This document shows, piece by piece, positions 25,800 through 28,350 of a stretch of 28,350 nucleotides of DNA. The translations under genes were made by a program, and so were the position numbers. Each line of letters begins with the position of its first letter. Position 1 is the stretch's first letter. This stretch comes from Eledone cirrhosa (lineage: Eukaryota): the NCBI GenBank assembly GCA_964016885.1, contig CAXHJY010001059.1:1-28350 (forward strand), written 5' to 3'. The notes under the pieces were generated by a model. The model searched no databases. It saw nothing but the letters and a program-made list of their open reading frames with translations, and had not been told where the DNA came from.

Positions 25800-28350
25800 A
25801 CAACAGAAACAACAGTAACAACAACAGTAACAACAACAGTAACAACAACAGTAACAACAACAGTAACAACAGTAACAACAACAGTAACAACAACAGTAAC
25901 AACAGTAACAACAACAGTAACAACAACAGTAACAACAGTAACAACAACAGTAACAACAGTAACAACAACAGTAACAACAACAGTAACAACAACAGTAACA
26001 ACAGTAACAACAACAGTAACAACAACAGTAACAACAGTAACAACAATAGTAACAACAACAGTAACAACAGTAACAACAGTAACAACAGTAACAACAACAG
26101 TAACAACAGTAACAACTGTAACAACCACAGAAACAACAGTAACAACAACAGTAACAACAACAGTAACAAGAGTAACAACAACAGTAACAACAGTAACAAC
26201 AACAGTAACAACAGTAACAACAACAGTAACAAAGAGTAACAATAACAGTAACAACAGTAACAACAACAGAAACAACAACAGTAACGACAGTAACAACAGT
26301 AACAACAACAGTAACAACAGTAACAACAGTAACAACAACAGGAACAACAACAGTAACAACAACAGTAACAACAACAGTAACAACAGTAACAACAACAGTA
26401 ACAACAACAGTAACAACAGTAACAACAGTAACAACAGTAACAACAACCTTAACAACAGTAACAACAGTAACAACAACAGTAACAACAACAGTAACAACAG
26501 TAACAACAACAGTAACTACAGTAATAACAACAGTAACAACAGTAACAACAACAGTAACCGCAGTAACACGAACAGTAACAACAGTAACAACAGTAACAAT
26601 AACTGTAACAACAAATGTAACAACAACAATAACAACAACAGTAACAACAGTAACAACAACAGTAGCAACAGTAACACGAACAGTAACAACAGTAACAACA
26701 GTAACAACAACTGTAACAACAAATGTAACAACAACAGTAACAACAGTAACAACAGTAACAACAGTAACAACAGTAACAACAACAGTAACAACAGTAATAA
26801 CAAGAGTAACAACAGTAACAATAACAGTAGCAACAGTAACACGAACAATAACAACAGTAACAACAGTAACAACAGTAACAACACCAGTAACAACAGTAAC
26901 AACAACAGTAACAACAATAACAACAACAGTAACAACAGTAACAACAGTAACAACAACAGTAACAACAGTAACAACAACAGTAACAACAGTAACATCAGTA
27001 ACAACAGTAACAACAACAGTAACAACAGTAACAACAGTAACAACAACAGTAACAAAAGTAACAACAACAGTAACTACAACAGTAACAACAGTAACAACAA
27101 CAGTAACAACAACAGTAACAACAACAGTAACAACAACAGTAACAACAACAGTAACAACAGTAACAACAACAGTAACAACAGTAACAACAACAGTAACAAC
27201 AACAGTAACAATAACAGTAACAACAACAGTAACAACAACAGTAACAACAACAGTAACAACAACAGTAACAACAGTAACAACAACAGTAACAACAACAGTA
27301 ACAACAACAGTAACAACTGTAACAACAACAGTAACAACAACAGTACCAACAACAGTAACAACAGTAACAACAACAGTAACAACAGTAAGAACAGTAAGAA
27401 CAGTAACGACAACATTAACAACAGTAAGAACAGTAAGAACAGTAACGACAACATTAACAACATTAACAACAGTAACAACAACAGTAACAATAGTAACAAC
27501 AACAGTAACAATAGTAACAACAACAGTAACAACAACAGTAACAACAACAGTAACAACAACAGTAACAACAACAGTAACAACAACAGTAACAACAGTAACA
27601 ACAACAGTAACAACAACAACAGTAACAACAACAGTAGCAACAACAGAAACAACAGTAACAACAACAGTAACAACAACAGTAACAACAACAGTAACAACAA
27701 CAGTAACAACAACAGAAACAACAGTAACAACAACAGTAACAACAACAGTAACAACAACAGTAACAACAACAGAAACAACAGTAACAACAACAGTAACAAC
27801 AGTAACAATAACAGTAACAACAACAGTAACAATAGTAACAACAACAGTAACAACAGTAACAACAACCGTAACAATAACAGAAACAACAGTAACAACAACA
27901 GTAACAACAACAGTAACAGCAACAGTAACAACAGTAACAACAACAGTAACAACAGTAACAACAACAGTAACAACAGTAACAACAACAGTAACAACAACAG
28001 AAACAACAGTAACAACAACAGTAACAACAACAGTAACAACAACAGTAACAACAACAGTAACAACAGTAACAACAACAGTAACAACGGTAACAACAGTAAC
28101 AACAACAGTAACAACTGTAACAACAACAGTAACAACAGTAACAACAACAGTAGCAACAACAGTAACAACAACAGTAACAACAACAGTAACAACAGTAACA
28201 AGAACAGTAACAACAACAGTAACAACAACAGTAACAACAACAGTAACAACAACAGTAACAACAGTAACAACAGAAGTAACAACAGTAACAACAACAGTAA
28301 CACCAACTGTAACAACAACAGTAACAACAACAGTAACAACAACAGTAACA
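25800..28350 (+). repeat. Right-domain ~3.6-kb-period higher-order repeat, copy B2 (truncated by window)
   Basis: Near-identical copy of ~22190-24750 with one 12-bp monomer fewer. Confidence 0.92.

Larger units (their letters stand above)
1..28350 (+). repeat. Simple-sequence satellite / compound trinucleotide tandem array AGT(AAC)2-3, extending past both window edges
   Basis: Every line is made of AGTAACAAC and AGTAACAACAAC monomers with occasional longer AAC runs and single-base variants (AAT, ATT, GAC, AGA, AAG, TGT, AGC, ATC). Orientation is the same throughout and there is no unique spacer. Confidence 0.99.

Noticed and set aside
1-28350. CRISPR array
   Set aside because: There are no unique spacers between the recurring cassettes, no cas genes, and cassette spacing is in kilobases.
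1-28350. Telomerase or other reverse-transcriptase product with stuttering (GTT)2-3ACT repeats
   Set aside because: Variable unit length resembles template slippage, but shared point variants copied over kilobases indicate DNA-level duplication. There are no G-runs and no RT gene or template in view. A subtelomeric location cannot be excluded.
1-28350. Diversity-generating retroelement template (AAC-rich)
   Set aside because: No RT, no TR/VR pair, and variants affect C, G and T as well as A.
1-28350. Pure sequencing or assembly artefact
   Set aside because: Indels and rare variants recur at homologous positions and copies differ by whole monomers, which random error would not give. Copy number of the near-identical 4.0- and 3.6-kb units still needs read support.
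1-28350. Hairpins, terminators, tRNA/rRNA, G-quadruplexes, transposon ends
   Set aside because: No inverted repeats, G-tracts or complex sequence on either strand.

Overview
The whole 28,350-bp window is one head-to-tail simple satellite array of AGT(AAC)n. It is mostly 9-bp (n=2) and 12-bp (n=3) monomers, roughly 2,700 by estimate, about 33% GC and about 57% A on the + strand. It contains no unique sequence, recognisable gene, RNA gene, transposon or CRISPR array. Rare variant triplets show a nested higher-order structure. The left domain (1-~13,900) holds a ~5.3-kb block duplicated at a 7.5-7.85-kb offset. The right domain (~14,060-end) has alternating long/short subunits duplicated at offsets of 4,046/4,034 and 3,611/3,599 bp. 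A +1 monomer (AGTAACAAAG) occurs 12 times, 10 of them exactly 63 bp after an AAG marker, and links both domains to one ancestral unit. The oddest observation is that nine consecutive 1-bp indels strictly alternate (+1/-1), keeping a 16.4-kb + strand frame open that toggles between Thr/Val and Asn/Ser blocks. This may be only a by-product of duplication. The other ORFs are artefacts of the repeat. The organism cannot be identified; a eukaryotic satellite is my inference. All coordinates were read by eye and block boundaries are approximate.
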